64,000 nucleotides of DNA from NCBI GenBank assembly GCA_964358005.1, contig CAYHNH010000003.1, positions 16,334 through 80,333 of the forward strand, given 5' to 3'. How positions within the stretch are numbered: position 1 is the first letter of the stretch; each line of letters starts with the position of its first letter. The translations under genes and the position numbers were made by a program. The DNA comes from an uncultured Candidatus Saccharibacteria bacterium (lineage in GTDB: Bacteria > Patescibacteriota > Minisyncoccia > Phycocordibacterales > PALSA-1337). Below, piece after piece: positions 1 to 8,868 of the stretch. The notes below the pieces were generated by a model. It saw only the letters and a list, made by a program, of their open reading frames with translations. It did no database searches and was not told where the DNA came from.

Positions 1-351
1 TTTGGAATATCTGAATCAGTTACAAATAGTGAATGGGCTACATACTACACGCCACTAAATATAACAGCCTACGTTGATGAAGAATGGGTGGAAGATTTTA
101 AATCTTTGAGGGAGCATCGTAAAAAAGTTGATGAGGAGGTTAGGATAGAAAATGCTGAAAATCCTGAAAAAATAGCGAGATTGAAAAAAGAGTTTGGCAT
201 TACGGCTGTACCGACAAATGCAGATAAGACGCTGAGCGATAAAAGCGAAACATCTCAGTCTAAACCTGATAAGAAACAAATGAGTAGGAGAGTCAAAATA
301 ATAATAGGGGTAATTGTTATAGCCTTTATTTTAGCCGCTCTTTCTTCATAG
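1..351 (+). CDS. Hypothetical protein with C-terminal transmembrane helix (5'-truncated by window edge)
   Basis: Frame 1 is open from base 1 (FGISESVTNSEW...) to TAG at 351; hydrophobic C-terminus VKIIIGVIVIAFILAALSS. Confidence 0.6.
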   Translation, partial: FGISESVTNSEWATYYTPLNITAYVDEEWVEDFKSLREHRKKVDEEVRIENAENPEKIARLKKEFGITAVPTNADKTLSDKSETSQSKPDKKQMSRRVKIIIGVIVIAFILAALSS

Positions 352-370
352 ATCCTGACGATTTTCAATT

Positions 371-766
371 ATGACGAACTTTGCAAAAAATGTTCAAGAA
401 GCGACAGAAACTGAATTACTACTTTGGGTTAACACCCTTGATCCTAATTACACAAAGCTAGCATCGGATGAGTTGACTAGGCGCACCATAAAACGTCTTA
501 ATGAATCTGTTGATAAGAGCACGCTTCAAGCCAAAGAATCATCGGATGTCTCAGAAAGATTTACTGCCGCACTGTTCCTTCTCGCTGTTGCCCAACTACT
601 TGTAGCAGTTTTCCAACTGATCCTATCTTTTGTTTATCCAGACAATGAACAAGCTAGGGCGGCTTTGGGTATATTTATGGTAATTGCTACTGCCGTTATA
701 CTAACCTTCTTTGCCGGCAAGATATTCAAAGGGAAGCGGTCTAAAGCTAAATATGAAAAGAGTTAA
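371..766 (+). CDS. Hypothetical membrane protein (2 C-terminal TM helices)
   Basis: 131-aa ORF with ATG start and two hydrophobic segments. Confidence 0.65.
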   Translation: MTNFAKNVQEATETELLLWVNTLDPNYTKLASDELTRRTIKRLNESVDKSTLQAKESSDVSERFTAALFLLAVAQLLVAVFQLILSFVYPDNEQARAALGIFMVIATAVILTFFAGKIFKGKRSKAKYEKS

Positions 767-1367
767 TAACCCCATAGAAACTGTAGATTTTGGAAAAACC
801 GTGATTCCAGAGAATCGCCTCAAATTTCTTGGCGATAAATGTGCTGAGGTGCTTAGTAAAGTCTCAGGGAATGTTATTGAAGTTGGTGTCTATAAAGGAG
901 GCACTCTCATTGAACTAGCTAAACAGGTAAGGGATGTCTGTCCGCAGTATAAGGTTTATGGAGTAGACACTTTTGAAGGTCATCCCTACGATGATGGCCA
1001 TCCAGTTCATCCTAAGGGTAAGTATGCGGATGTAAATATTACTGATCTTCAAGAGATAATCAAAAAGGAAGGCCTTAGTGAGTGGGTCGAGCTGATTCAA
1101 GGCAAGATCGAGGACGTTTTTGATTCCTTGCCGGCAAAAGAATTTGCGTTTGCCCACATCGATTGTGATCTCTACATACCAATAAAATTCTGTGCTACTC
1201 ACATTCCACCACATATTAAAAAAGGAGGAGTGATCTACTTTGATGATTATGGCCACGAGCATTGTCTTGGGGCTACAAAGGCTGTAGACGAGGTGTTTGC
1301 AAAGGCTGATATACATGAGGTATCGTTGAGTGACGGAACCTGTTGGTCAGGTTACATAAACCTCTAA
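753..1367 (+). CDS. TylF/MycF/NovP-family SAM-dependent O-methyltransferase
   Basis: Motifs EVGVYKGG, GVDTFEG, HIDCDLY and GGVIYFDDY; start taken at ATG 753. Confidence 0.8.
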   Translation: MKRVNNPIETVDFGKTVIPENRLKFLGDKCAEVLSKVSGNVIEVGVYKGGTLIELAKQVRDVCPQYKVYGVDTFEGHPYDDGHPVHPKGKYADVNITDLQEIIKKEGLSEWVELIQGKIEDVFDSLPAKEFAFAHIDCDLYIPIKFCATHIPPHIKKGGVIYFDDYGHEHCLGATKAVDEVFAKADIHEVSLSDGTCWSGYINL

Positions 1368-1369
1368 AT

Positions 1370-1852
1370 ATGGAACATAGTGCCATACTCACAAAAGAAC
1401 TTGTCCAAGAGGCGTATAAGCTGGTAGAAAAGGCTATTATCGACTTCCTTAAGGGTGATCATTCCAAGAAGGAATGGCTTCATGTGGTTGTTCTAGATCC
1501 GAGGGCTAAATTTGGCCAAGTTAAATATGAGGACGCCGTTCTCTTTGAGCATTCGATAAATCCTGATAAATGGGATTCCGATCTCAAGGATCGCGCACAC
1601 AAGAAGGCAATGGTTGCATGGGAACATGGAATGAATACCCACGATGTCCAGCAAAAACGCCCGTATCTTTTTAAGAAAGGTGATAACAAGTATGCCGGTG
1701 CTGTGGCTCATGAAGGCATCATCGTTTCTGTTGTAGCGATCCAATGGTACTTCGATGAACTTTTTGCAGAGTGGATCGCCGCCTCATGTCGCGCACTCGC
1801 GCTTGAAAAGATGGAGGCTATCATAAATGAGAAAGGAAGGCATTTTGTCTAA
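1370..1852 (+). CDS. GlcG/HbpS-like (heme-binding fold) protein
   Basis: Pattern HVVVLD...AHKKAMVAW...YAGAV..GIIVSV...D resembles the GlcG/HbpS family; ATG 2 nt after upstream stop. Confidence 0.5.
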   Translation: MEHSAILTKELVQEAYKLVEKAIIDFLKGDHSKKEWLHVVVLDPRAKFGQVKYEDAVLFEHSINPDKWDSDLKDRAHKKAMVAWEHGMNTHDVQQKRPYLFKKGDNKYAGAVAHEGIIVSVVAIQWYFDELFAEWIAASCRALALEKMEAIINEKGRHFV

Positions 1853-1855
1853 ATA

Positions 1856-3544
1856 ATGATCAAACTCGGACTTACATCCGGAATACATGATACTTCCGCA
1901 TCTCTTGTAATTGATGGGGTTATTGTTGCTGTTGGTGAGGAAGAGCGTTTCAATCGAAAGAAACATACGGGCGAATTTCCAGTAAATGCAATTCAGTTTT
2001 GTCTTGAGAGGGCTGGAATAAAGATAGGTGATGTAGATGAAGTGTGTGTTGGTATGAAATGGAGCGAGCGTGCCCAAGTGCGCTTGGATATGCGTATGAA
2101 ATTTGCCGATACCTCTGAGCTTAAAGAGCAAGTAAAAGCACAAGCAACCGAGGATATGAAAAGACACGACGAGGTTTCAAAGATCCTGACTGAGACGTTC
2201 GGCTATGCCGGCAAAATCACTTTTTATGACCATTATGATTGTCACGCCTCCTCTTGTTACTTTCCATCCGAATTTAACCATGCGGCTATCTTGATTCTCG
2301 ATGGAGCAGGTGAAAGAGCCTCTGCTCGGATATATAAAGCGACTGAAACAAAGCTAGAAAGCGTATTTCAGATCGATTACCCAAACTCCATAGGAAGATT
2401 TTACGGATGGATCACTGACTACTTGGGATTTCAAATAGATTGTGATGAGGGAAAGGTTATGGGTCTTGCATCATATGGCGACCTATCTCTGGTGGATCAG
2501 ATGAGTAAATTAGTTGCGATCAGTAAAGATGGGAGCTATCAACTGGACTATAGCTACTTCGGATTTATTCGTGACAATAGGCAAGGCTTCACCCCTAAAT
2601 TCTATGAAATGTTTGGGCCAAAACGAAACAAGAATGAAGAGATAACACAGCACCATATGAATGTCGCTCGTGCCGCTCAAGCAGCCTTGGAGGAGGTTGT
2701 GGTAGGTATGGTTAAGCTGGCAAAAGAGCTGACCGGAGAGGATAATCTATGCCTAAGCGGTGGCGTTGCTCTAAATAGCGTTGCAAATGGGAAGATCTTG
2801 GAATCTGGTCTATTCAAGAACATTTATATTTATCCGGCGGCCGGTGATGCCGGCACTGGTATAGGTGCGGCCTTATATGCCTATTACTCAGCTCAGAGTA
2901 ATAAAGTAACTCACCTTGAAAATCAGTCTGCCTATCTAGGATATGAATCGAATGATGGCGAGATCCTAAAAGCCTTAGCTAATAGCCAGCTAAAGTATTC
3001 AACCCCGACAAATCTTTATGAGGAAACAGCAAGTCTCCTTGTTCAAAACAAGGTTGTTGGTTGGTTTCAAGGTAGAGCAGAAGTCGGGCCAAGGGCGTTG
3101 GGTAACCGAAGCATACTTGCCAATCCTGCTCTTGCCGGCAATAAAGACAGAGTTAACAACAAGATTAAGTTCAGGGAATCATTCAGGCCGTTCGCTCCCA
3201 GCGTACTCAGTGAATATGCAAAGGAATATTTTGAGATGAGGGGTGCTGATTCGCCATACATGATTATGGCGTTCAACACTAAGGAAGATAAGAGAAATAA
3301 GATCCCAGCCGTTGTGCATGTGGATGGAAGCGCTAGAGTTCAGACTGTTACAAAAGAACAAAATGAGAAATACTTTGAGCTTATTGAAGAGTTTAATAGG
3401 CAATCGAGTATACCCATGCTTCTAAACACTTCGTTTAATAAAGCAGGCGAAGTGCTTGTGAACACCCCAGAACAGGCCATTGCCGCCTTTCTAGGATCAG
3501 AGTTGGACGTGCTTGTTATTGATAAATACCTAATACAAAAATGA
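1856..3544 (+). CDS. Carbamoyltransferase, NodU/CmcH family
   Basis: HDTSASL, EEERFNRKKH, EGKVMGLASYG, GGVALN, GPRALGNRSIL, KFRESFRPFAP, HVDGSARVQTV and LNTSFN motifs. Confidence 0.92.
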   Translation: MIKLGLTSGIHDTSASLVIDGVIVAVGEEERFNRKKHTGEFPVNAIQFCLERAGIKIGDVDEVCVGMKWSERAQVRLDMRMKFADTSELKEQVKAQATEDMKRHDEVSKILTETFGYAGKITFYDHYDCHASSCYFPSEFNHAAILILDGAGERASARIYKATETKLESVFQIDYPNSIGRFYGWITDYLGFQIDCDEGKVMGLASYGDLSLVDQMSKLVAISKDGSYQLDYSYFGFIRDNRQGFTPKFYEMFGPKRNKNEEITQHHMNVARAAQAALEEVVVGMVKLAKELTGEDNLCLSGGVALNSVANGKILESGLFKNIYIYPAAGDAGTGIGAALYAYYSAQSNKVTHLENQSAYLGYESNDGEILKALANSQLKYSTPTNLYEETASLLVQNKVVGWFQGRAEVGPRALGNRSILANPALAGNKDRVNNKIKFRESFRPFAPSVLSEYAKEYFEMRGADSPYMIMAFNTKEDKRNKIPAVVHVDGSARVQTVTKEQNEKYFELIEEFNRQSSIPMLLNTSFNKAGEVLVNTPEQAIAAFLGSELDVLVIDKYLIQK

Positions 3545-4155
3545 ATAAAAAGATTGTTATATTTGATTTTGACGGAGTGATCGTTGACTCGTTCTCGATG
3601 TGTCTCAAGATAGTTGATTCACGAGAATATATTACTGAACCAGAATACAGGCGTAGGTTTGAAGGTAATGTCTTTGATGCTAAAAGAAAATTCAAAGATC
3701 CGAATACGACTATGGAAAGCTTCGATCAACATTACGCTCCAGAGGTGATGAAGTGCGAGCCCTTTAAGGGCATGGCTGATGCAATCAAAGCACTATCTGA
3801 GAAATATATACTAGTGATAGTTTCATCTACGGAGACTGTTTCGATTGATTCGTATCTGAAGTCTGTAAACCTGAGGGATTACTTCAAAGAAATTCTAGGT
3901 AGTGATGTAGATAGGAGCAAGGTAAAGAAGATTCAGAGAGTTTTGAAGGATTACAAAGCTGAACCTACCGACGCCATTTTCATCACTGATACGCTAGGGG
4001 ACATCAATGAAGGCGATCATTGCGGCGTTAAATCTATTGCGGTTACTTGGGGTTATAACAATAAGGAGGTTCTGGAAAAAGGTAAACCGTATGCCATTGT
4101 GAAGGAGCCAGCAGAATTGACGCAGAAGGTTACGGAGTTCCTATCAAAGAAATAG
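3541..4155 (+). CDS. HAD-superfamily hydrolase/phosphatase
   Basis: N-terminal FDFDGVIVDS; TDTLGDI and VTWGY motifs. Confidence 0.85.
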   Translation: MNKKIVIFDFDGVIVDSFSMCLKIVDSREYITEPEYRRRFEGNVFDAKRKFKDPNTTMESFDQHYAPEVMKCEPFKGMADAIKALSEKYILVIVSSTETVSIDSYLKSVNLRDYFKEILGSDVDRSKVKKIQRVLKDYKAEPTDAIFITDTLGDINEGDHCGVKSIAVTWGYNNKEVLEKGKPYAIVKEPAELTQKVTEFLSKK

Positions 4156-4256
4156 GCTCTTGTATGGCTCTAAACTGATGCCATTCCTGCATTTCCTTGA
4201 TTAATTGATTCCATTCAGCTCTAATTAGGGTCACATAATTTTAGCAACAAATAAAT

Positions 4257-4871
4257 ATGAATAAATACATTATAGGCGTATGTCTCGTTATTCTGGTTAT
4301 TGTCGGGGCGGTATACTTCTCGAAGAATAAAGATTTAAATGGTACCGGTAGCGACCCGCTTCTTGCGGGGGATGCAGTTTTAAAGGCGATCAAGGACGCA
4401 GATTACCAAAAACTTGAAAGTCTGACGAGCTCTGACGGGTTATCTTGGGATCACTACATAAACCTTGATCTTAAGGATTCGAAATATCATATTCCCAAAG
4501 ACCGGATTTCCTCAACTTTCACAAACTCTGAAAAACGTCTTTTTGGGTATGCGGATGGAAGCGGTGCCCCGATCGTGATAACGGGCAACGAGTACATGAA
4601 AAAATATGTGTATCGGCACGACTACCTGGACGCAACAAACACAAAGGTGACCATTATTAAGCCTTCTGTGGACATCACTAATGAGCAGGACAAATTTGTC
4701 ATGAGCCAAATGAATCTGTATGGTGGCATCGGCTCGAGAATCGTCACTGCGCACCACTATGCTGATCCCGCGGCCAACGATTTTGACTACAGCACCATTT
4801 ACCTCGTCTTTGATACCGAGAATGGGGAATATAAGCTAAGAGGGATTGCTCGCTACTACTGGACTATCTAG
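4257..4871 (+). CDS. Hypothetical exported/membrane-anchored protein
   Basis: N-terminal signal/TM segment; 204 aa. Confidence 0.65.
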   Translation: MNKYIIGVCLVILVIVGAVYFSKNKDLNGTGSDPLLAGDAVLKAIKDADYQKLESLTSSDGLSWDHYINLDLKDSKYHIPKDRISSTFTNSEKRLFGYADGSGAPIVITGNEYMKKYVYRHDYLDATNTKVTIIKPSVDITNEQDKFVMSQMNLYGGIGSRIVTAHHYADPAANDFDYSTIYLVFDTENGEYKLRGIARYYWTI

Positions 4872-4882
4872 TACCCGCTGAC

Positions 4883-5257
4883 TCACTTCTTATAAACAGG
4901 CCCATGGCCTCTGATCTTCTTGAGCAGTTCGGCAGCTTCGTCATAGAGGGACATGCCTTGGAACATCTTACTGCCAGAGGAACTACATATCTCTAATAGC
5001 TCATCTATAGCTTCTCCGGTAAAGCCGGCCTCATGGAAGACGCTAGCCTTGCGCATAGTCCACCTGATACCGGCGACGGCGGCGGCTCGTGACCCTTCAG
5101 ATTCATATATAGCATCGATCTCAGACTGCGCCTGGAGCAGCCAACGCTCATAGACCTCCCTAGAATACGGGTCGGATTCGAGCTTGGGCAGTGCCTCGAC
5201 GGCTTCTTGGTCGGTTACCTGCCAATGCTCCGGGGCTGGCCCTGATTCGCCTTTCAT
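4883..5257 (-). CDS. Hypothetical protein
   Basis: Acidic helical ORF; ATG at 5257 preceded by a -10-like TATATT. Confidence 0.55.
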   Translation of the reverse strand: MKGESGPAPEHWQVTDQEAVEALPKLESDPYSREVYERWLLQAQSEIDAIYESEGSRAAAVAGIRWTMRKASVFHEAGFTGEAIDELLEICSSSGSKMFQGMSLYDEAAELLKKIRGHGPVYKK

Positions 5258-5285
5258 AGTGCAAATATAGCATAATTTCGAAAAG

Positions 5286-5314
5286 TTGACACTCAAACCG
5301 TTTCATGTTACTTT
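5286..5314 (+). promoter_or_regulatory. Sigma70-type promoter for ORF 5399
   Basis: TTGACA-17 bp-TACTTT with extended TG; GAGGAG SD before ATG 5399. Confidence 0.55.
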
Positions 5315-5398
5315 ATTTCCATATTAGCTGTTTTGAAAATGCAAAAATGGGCCTAGAAATACGCCTATCAAACTTCAACCCAAAGAGGAGATCCCTAT

Positions 5399-6358
5399 AT
5401 GGTCAGTGTAAGACTGCGCCGTAGATACGGTTTGCCTCTCGAAGGCGAAACCGGTCTCGATGCCCATCATGAAAGATTACTTTGTCATCTAGACGCCCGT
5501 CATACGGTCGAGGAAATGAGAGAGCTGGTCGCACAGTTTGAAGGGTTTAGATCGCTCGTTATGGCCGTTGATCAGTCGAATGGCAAGTCTGGAGTCCCAG
5601 CGTTAAGGCCTCAGGTGACGTCTGTCCAGAACGAGCAGCTCAATGGTCACTCCCACCGGATCGATGACTCCTATGTGCGCGAGAAATACAAACTGCCTCC
5701 TTCGGGGCCGTTAAGTCTGAATCGGGAGAGGATCGATAAGCTGATCTATTTGGAGCGAAACATCCAAGCTTACCAAAACGACCCCAAGATGGCCGGAGCG
5801 ATCAGAGACTGGCGTCAATTGATGCGGGGTATTCTGGCAGAACAGCGTTTCGTATCTGCCTGGACACACGATAATTTTTGTCAGCCCGGTGTAAAACTAG
5901 TCAGAGGAGCGACACTCCGTGAAGACACGGTCGACAAGGCTGATGCCATTATGGAACTTGTCGATGGCAGAATTTGGAAATTCCAGGTGAAGACTGGCCG
6001 TCAGGGCAGTTTTGAGGAGTTTGCCAGAATTGGGGTAGTGCTGGTTAGAACCAAGTATGATTATACTCCCGTCCAGATTCGGGCTGCCGCCATACGGGCC
6101 ATGTTTGATTATCTTGAGTTCAAGAAGAGCCTGATCCCGCTACCACTATATCTCGATGATGCCGAAACCGGAATCAAGATCGAACTTTCGTGGGCAGCAT
6201 TACAGCCGCAGTTTCGTAACCTGCCGCTATCTGATGTTTCCTTTGCCCACTTGAACGCACGCGCCCAGGAGGTCGTCCGATCCTACGGCAAGGCTACCCT
6301 TGCCTGCCAAGTCACAACGCCGCATGGAGCTACCCAGGTCATCCACGCCCCGAAATAG
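5399..6358 (+). CDS. Hypothetical protein with possible PD-(D/E)XK nuclease-like motif
   Basis: 319-aa ORF with its own promoter, SD and terminator; segment ED...DA..........FQVKT. Confidence 0.55.
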   Translation: MVSVRLRRRYGLPLEGETGLDAHHERLLCHLDARHTVEEMRELVAQFEGFRSLVMAVDQSNGKSGVPALRPQVTSVQNEQLNGHSHRIDDSYVREKYKLPPSGPLSLNRERIDKLIYLERNIQAYQNDPKMAGAIRDWRQLMRGILAEQRFVSAWTHDNFCQPGVKLVRGATLREDTVDKADAIMELVDGRIWKFQVKTGRQGSFEEFARIGVVLVRTKYDYTPVQIRAAAIRAMFDYLEFKKSLIPLPLYLDDAETGIKIELSWAALQPQFRNLPLSDVSFAHLNARAQEVVRSYGKATLACQVTTPHGATQVIHAPK

Positions 6359-6371
6359 TCGGGGCTTTTTT
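6346..6371 (+). terminator. Intrinsic terminator
   Basis: GCCCCGA-aatag-TCGGGGC followed by a T run. Confidence 0.65.
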
Positions 6372-6410
6372 GTACGCAAAACCATTATACCAGGCCATAT
6401 CTGCAGGTAG

Positions 6411-6440
6411 TTGACAAACGCAGTCAAACTATGCTAGTAT
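6411..6440 (+). promoter_or_regulatory. Sigma70 promoter of cold-shock gene
   Basis: TTGACA-18 bp-TAGTAT with extended TG. Confidence 0.6.
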
Positions 6441-6498
6441 GGACACTTCAAGAAGCGGAGTCGAATTCTTTGAAGTTAAAACTAAAGACAAAATCAAA

Positions 6499-6699
6499 AT
6501 GATGCAGGGAACGATCAAGACCCTTACGGATCGAGGATTCGGTTTCATCGCTCGCGAAGGCGAGACGAAGGACCTTTTCTTCCATTCGAAGGATCTGCAG
6601 GGTGTGGCTTTCGACAGCCTCCAGCAGGGTCAGGCAGTGTCATTCGAGGTTGTTGACGGTCCGAAGGGCCCTTCAGCCAAGAATGTTAAGCTCGCCTAA
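6499..6699 (+). CDS. cspA: Cold-shock domain protein
   Basis: RNP1 RGFGFI, RNP2-like DLFFH and GPKGPSAKNV; start at ATG 6499 or 6502. Confidence 0.9.
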   Translation: MMQGTIKTLTDRGFGFIAREGETKDLFFHSKDLQGVAFDSLQQGQAVSFEVVDGPKGPSAKNVKLA

Positions 6700-6720
6700 C
6701 TAGTCAAGCTCGCAAGAGCG

Positions 6721-6752
6721 GAAAAAACACCCCGAAAGGGGTGTTTTTTCTT
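6721..6752. terminator. Bidirectional intrinsic terminator
   Basis: AAAAAACACCCC-GAAA-GGGGTGTTTTTT between convergent genes. Confidence 0.85.
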
Positions 6753-8281
6753 TATCGCCCATAGACCGTTATGAAGCTCGGGGCGGAGTAGTATTTCCCT
6801 GAGGGTTTTTTGGCGAATACGCCGATATCTATCCTCTGCCTTGCTTCTTGTACCAAGAATCGGATGGTTGCAGTGGTTGGATCAGCTGGGTCGATAGTCA
6901 TCGCGACTGTGGAAGCATCGCTATTCAGGACTCTCCATTCGAATACATATCCCGCAGTCGAGCCGGTGATGTCTATGGCCTCCGCAGAGACTTTAATAGT
7001 CCTAGAGGCTGTCCCTGACTGAACGCTCCGTGCTATAGCCGCCGGCGTGGTAAAGAGCCTCTCGTCTCCGGTAAAATCTTCGCTCGCTATCCTGAGCCTG
7101 ACAAGCGGAGGGATGTCTGCGGCGGTAAGCTCATTGGCCAGGCGCACCAGCTTGGCCGAATCATAATTCGGCTGGGGCAGGCCGTTCAGTAGATAGTGCG
7201 CGCGCTCTGTATTCTCGTGAGCTATAGAGCCTAGATAGTCTGATTCACTGTTGATTGACCTATGCGCGTGGCGGATCGCCATCTGGAGAGTGGGCATCAG
7301 TAACTGACTATTCGTGAGGGCACGCTTCACGTCGGGTTTGAATGCTGCCAGGCCTGCCATCGCTATCTTCACGAATGGCAGATCGCTCCCGGAAGCGTCG
7401 TGTCTGTAGTAATTGCTGCCGTCCTTACCATAATCTTCGGAACTGATGACGTAGGGGGTGTTGGCTATGTTGTCATCAGTGGACTCGATGAGAGAAGGGT
7501 ATATGTAGAGATTGTTGCGCGTGTATTGCTCATATAGCGCGTCCGCACCGGCCTGCGTCTTGTAGATGGCATAGGCGATGCTGTGCTTCACGCTGCCGCT
7601 AGTCTCGCCTGCGTAGGATGCTTGGCCCACTGTTATACCCGGTCGCACCCCCGTGGCACGCCCGGCTCCTCCGGAAAGTTGCCACTGGTGCTGGGGGAAC
7701 AGCCTGTTGGCGGCGGGGCATTCGGGATTCGGTGTCCAGCCGTCGCATAGGTTCACATGGAGTCCATCACGGTTCTCATATGTATCGCTGGAATTACCAG
7801 CGGCTTTGCCCTGGGCGTAGAGGGTATTGAGCAAGTCGCAGGCTTCCTTCGAAATGACACGCGAGCTGTCGAGGCCGTCAGGGCCTATGAGAGCAGTGTT
7901 GCAGACAGTTCCTATTTGAGGTACTGGAGTAGGGGGAATAGGCTGAGAGATGGGGGGTATGTTTGGAGGTCCTGCAACGACGAGTGATGTTTGAGCCTGC
8001 ATCCTGGAAGCCAGCAGTGCCCGAGTGAGAGGTCCGACAACGCCTACCTGGGGCAGGCCATTTGCCCGTTGGAGCCGGGTGACTGCAGCTTTCGTCAGTA
8101 AACCGAAATAGCCTGTGACCAGGCCTTCGGGGTAGATATTAGCATCGCGTGCCAGGAATGACTGCAGGATGCGCACTTGGTCGCCTCGCGAGCCGAGCGA
8201 AAGGGGAGATGTGATTGACTGGGCACCAGCCATGCCGGTGAATGCCAGGAAAAGCGCCACGGTCAAAAAAAGAGTCTTCAT
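6752..8281 (-). CDS. Secreted protein with N-terminal peptidoglycan-binding domain (PG_binding_1-like) and large uncharacterised C-terminal domain
   Basis: Signal peptide; LSLGSRGDQVRILQSFL...TGYFGLLTKAAVTRLQ...GVVGPLT; Pro-rich linker. Confidence 0.75.
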   Translation of the reverse strand: MKTLFLTVALFLAFTGMAGAQSITSPLSLGSRGDQVRILQSFLARDANIYPEGLVTGYFGLLTKAAVTRLQRANGLPQVGVVGPLTRALLASRMQAQTSLVVAGPPNIPPISQPIPPTPVPQIGTVCNTALIGPDGLDSSRVISKEACDLLNTLYAQGKAAGNSSDTYENRDGLHVNLCDGWTPNPECPAANRLFPQHQWQLSGGAGRATGVRPGITVGQASYAGETSGSVKHSIAYAIYKTQAGADALYEQYTRNNLYIYPSLIESTDDNIANTPYVISSEDYGKDGSNYYRHDASGSDLPFVKIAMAGLAAFKPDVKRALTNSQLLMPTLQMAIRHAHRSINSESDYLGSIAHENTERAHYLLNGLPQPNYDSAKLVRLANELTAADIPPLVRLRIASEDFTGDERLFTTPAAIARSVQSGTASRTIKVSAEAIDITGSTAGYVFEWRVLNSDASTVAMTIDPADPTTATIRFLVQEARQRIDIGVFAKKPSGKYYSAPSFITVYGR

Positions 8282-8311
8282 ACATATATAGACGGATGTG
8301 GCGGCTTAATC

Positions 8312-8465
8312 TGTGCGCGATAAGGGACTCGGTCACGGGTCCTCGCCTGCTGGCTCGGCCCGCGACCCCGCCTCGCTCGCCTTCGCGAGCTCCGGCCTTC
8401 TCGCCCCTTATCGCATCCCAATGATGCTCCATTCGGATAGCATTCCAGCTATCCTCATGGATCAT
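8312..8465 (-). repeat. tRNA-Val 3'-end duplication enclosing a structured element
   Basis: 20-bp direct repeat TGTGCGCGATAAGGGACTCG at 8312-8331 and 8466-8485; inverted copy CCCTTATCGC at 8405-8414. Confidence 0.85.
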
Positions 8466-8467
8466 TG

Positions 8468-8540
8468 TGCGCGATAAGGGACTCGAACCCCTGGCCTACC
8501 CCACGTCAAGGGGTCGCTCTACCAACTGAGCTAATCGCGC
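8468..8540 (-). tRNA. tRNA-Val(GAC)
   Basis: Cloverleaf GCGCGATTAGCTCAGTTGGTAGAGC...TTGACGT loop...GGTTCGAGTCC; no encoded CCA. Confidence 0.93.
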
Positions 8541-8615
8541 GATTCACTTGCAGAACGACGATAACTCTAACAAAAAAATCCTGGAAAATCCACTTTTACC
8601 ACAAGCTTAAATTAG

Positions 8616-8687
8616 TAGCCCCACGGGGAATCGAACCCCGATTACTGCCTTGAAAAGGCAATGTCCTAACCGTTAGACGATGGGGCC
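8616..8687 (-). tRNA. tRNA-Glu(TTC)
   Basis: GGCCCCATCGTCTAACGGTTAGGAC...TTTTCAA loop...GGTTCGATTCC. Confidence 0.93.
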
Positions 8688-8774
8688 AGACCAGAAAACG
8701 ATAACATCTTTTTGTAAAATCCGCAAAAAATGCTAGAGTGTAGCGCATTCAGGGGCGCTAGGGCTCTTGATCAT

Positions 8775-8861
8775 GGAGAGGTGGCAGAGTGGTCTAATGC
8801 ACCACTTTCGAAAAGTGGCAGAGGCGCAAGCTTCTCGGGAGTTCGAATCTCCCCCTCTCCG
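8775..8861 (+). tRNA. tRNA-Ser(CGA)
   Basis: GGAGAGGTGGCAGAGTGG...CCACT-TTCGAAA-AGTGG, long variable arm, GTTCGAATC. Confidence 0.93.
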
Positions 8862-8868
8862 CAAAAAA

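Noticed and set aside
1-8331. Prophage or integrative element bounded by the tRNA-Val repeat
   Set aside because: The repeat pair encloses only 154 bp; no integrase or phage structural genes in the window
8767-8868. N-terminal extension of the DUF3750-like ORF and other small ORFs over tRNAs (8465-8653, 33284-33529)
   Set aside because: They overlap clear tRNA genes
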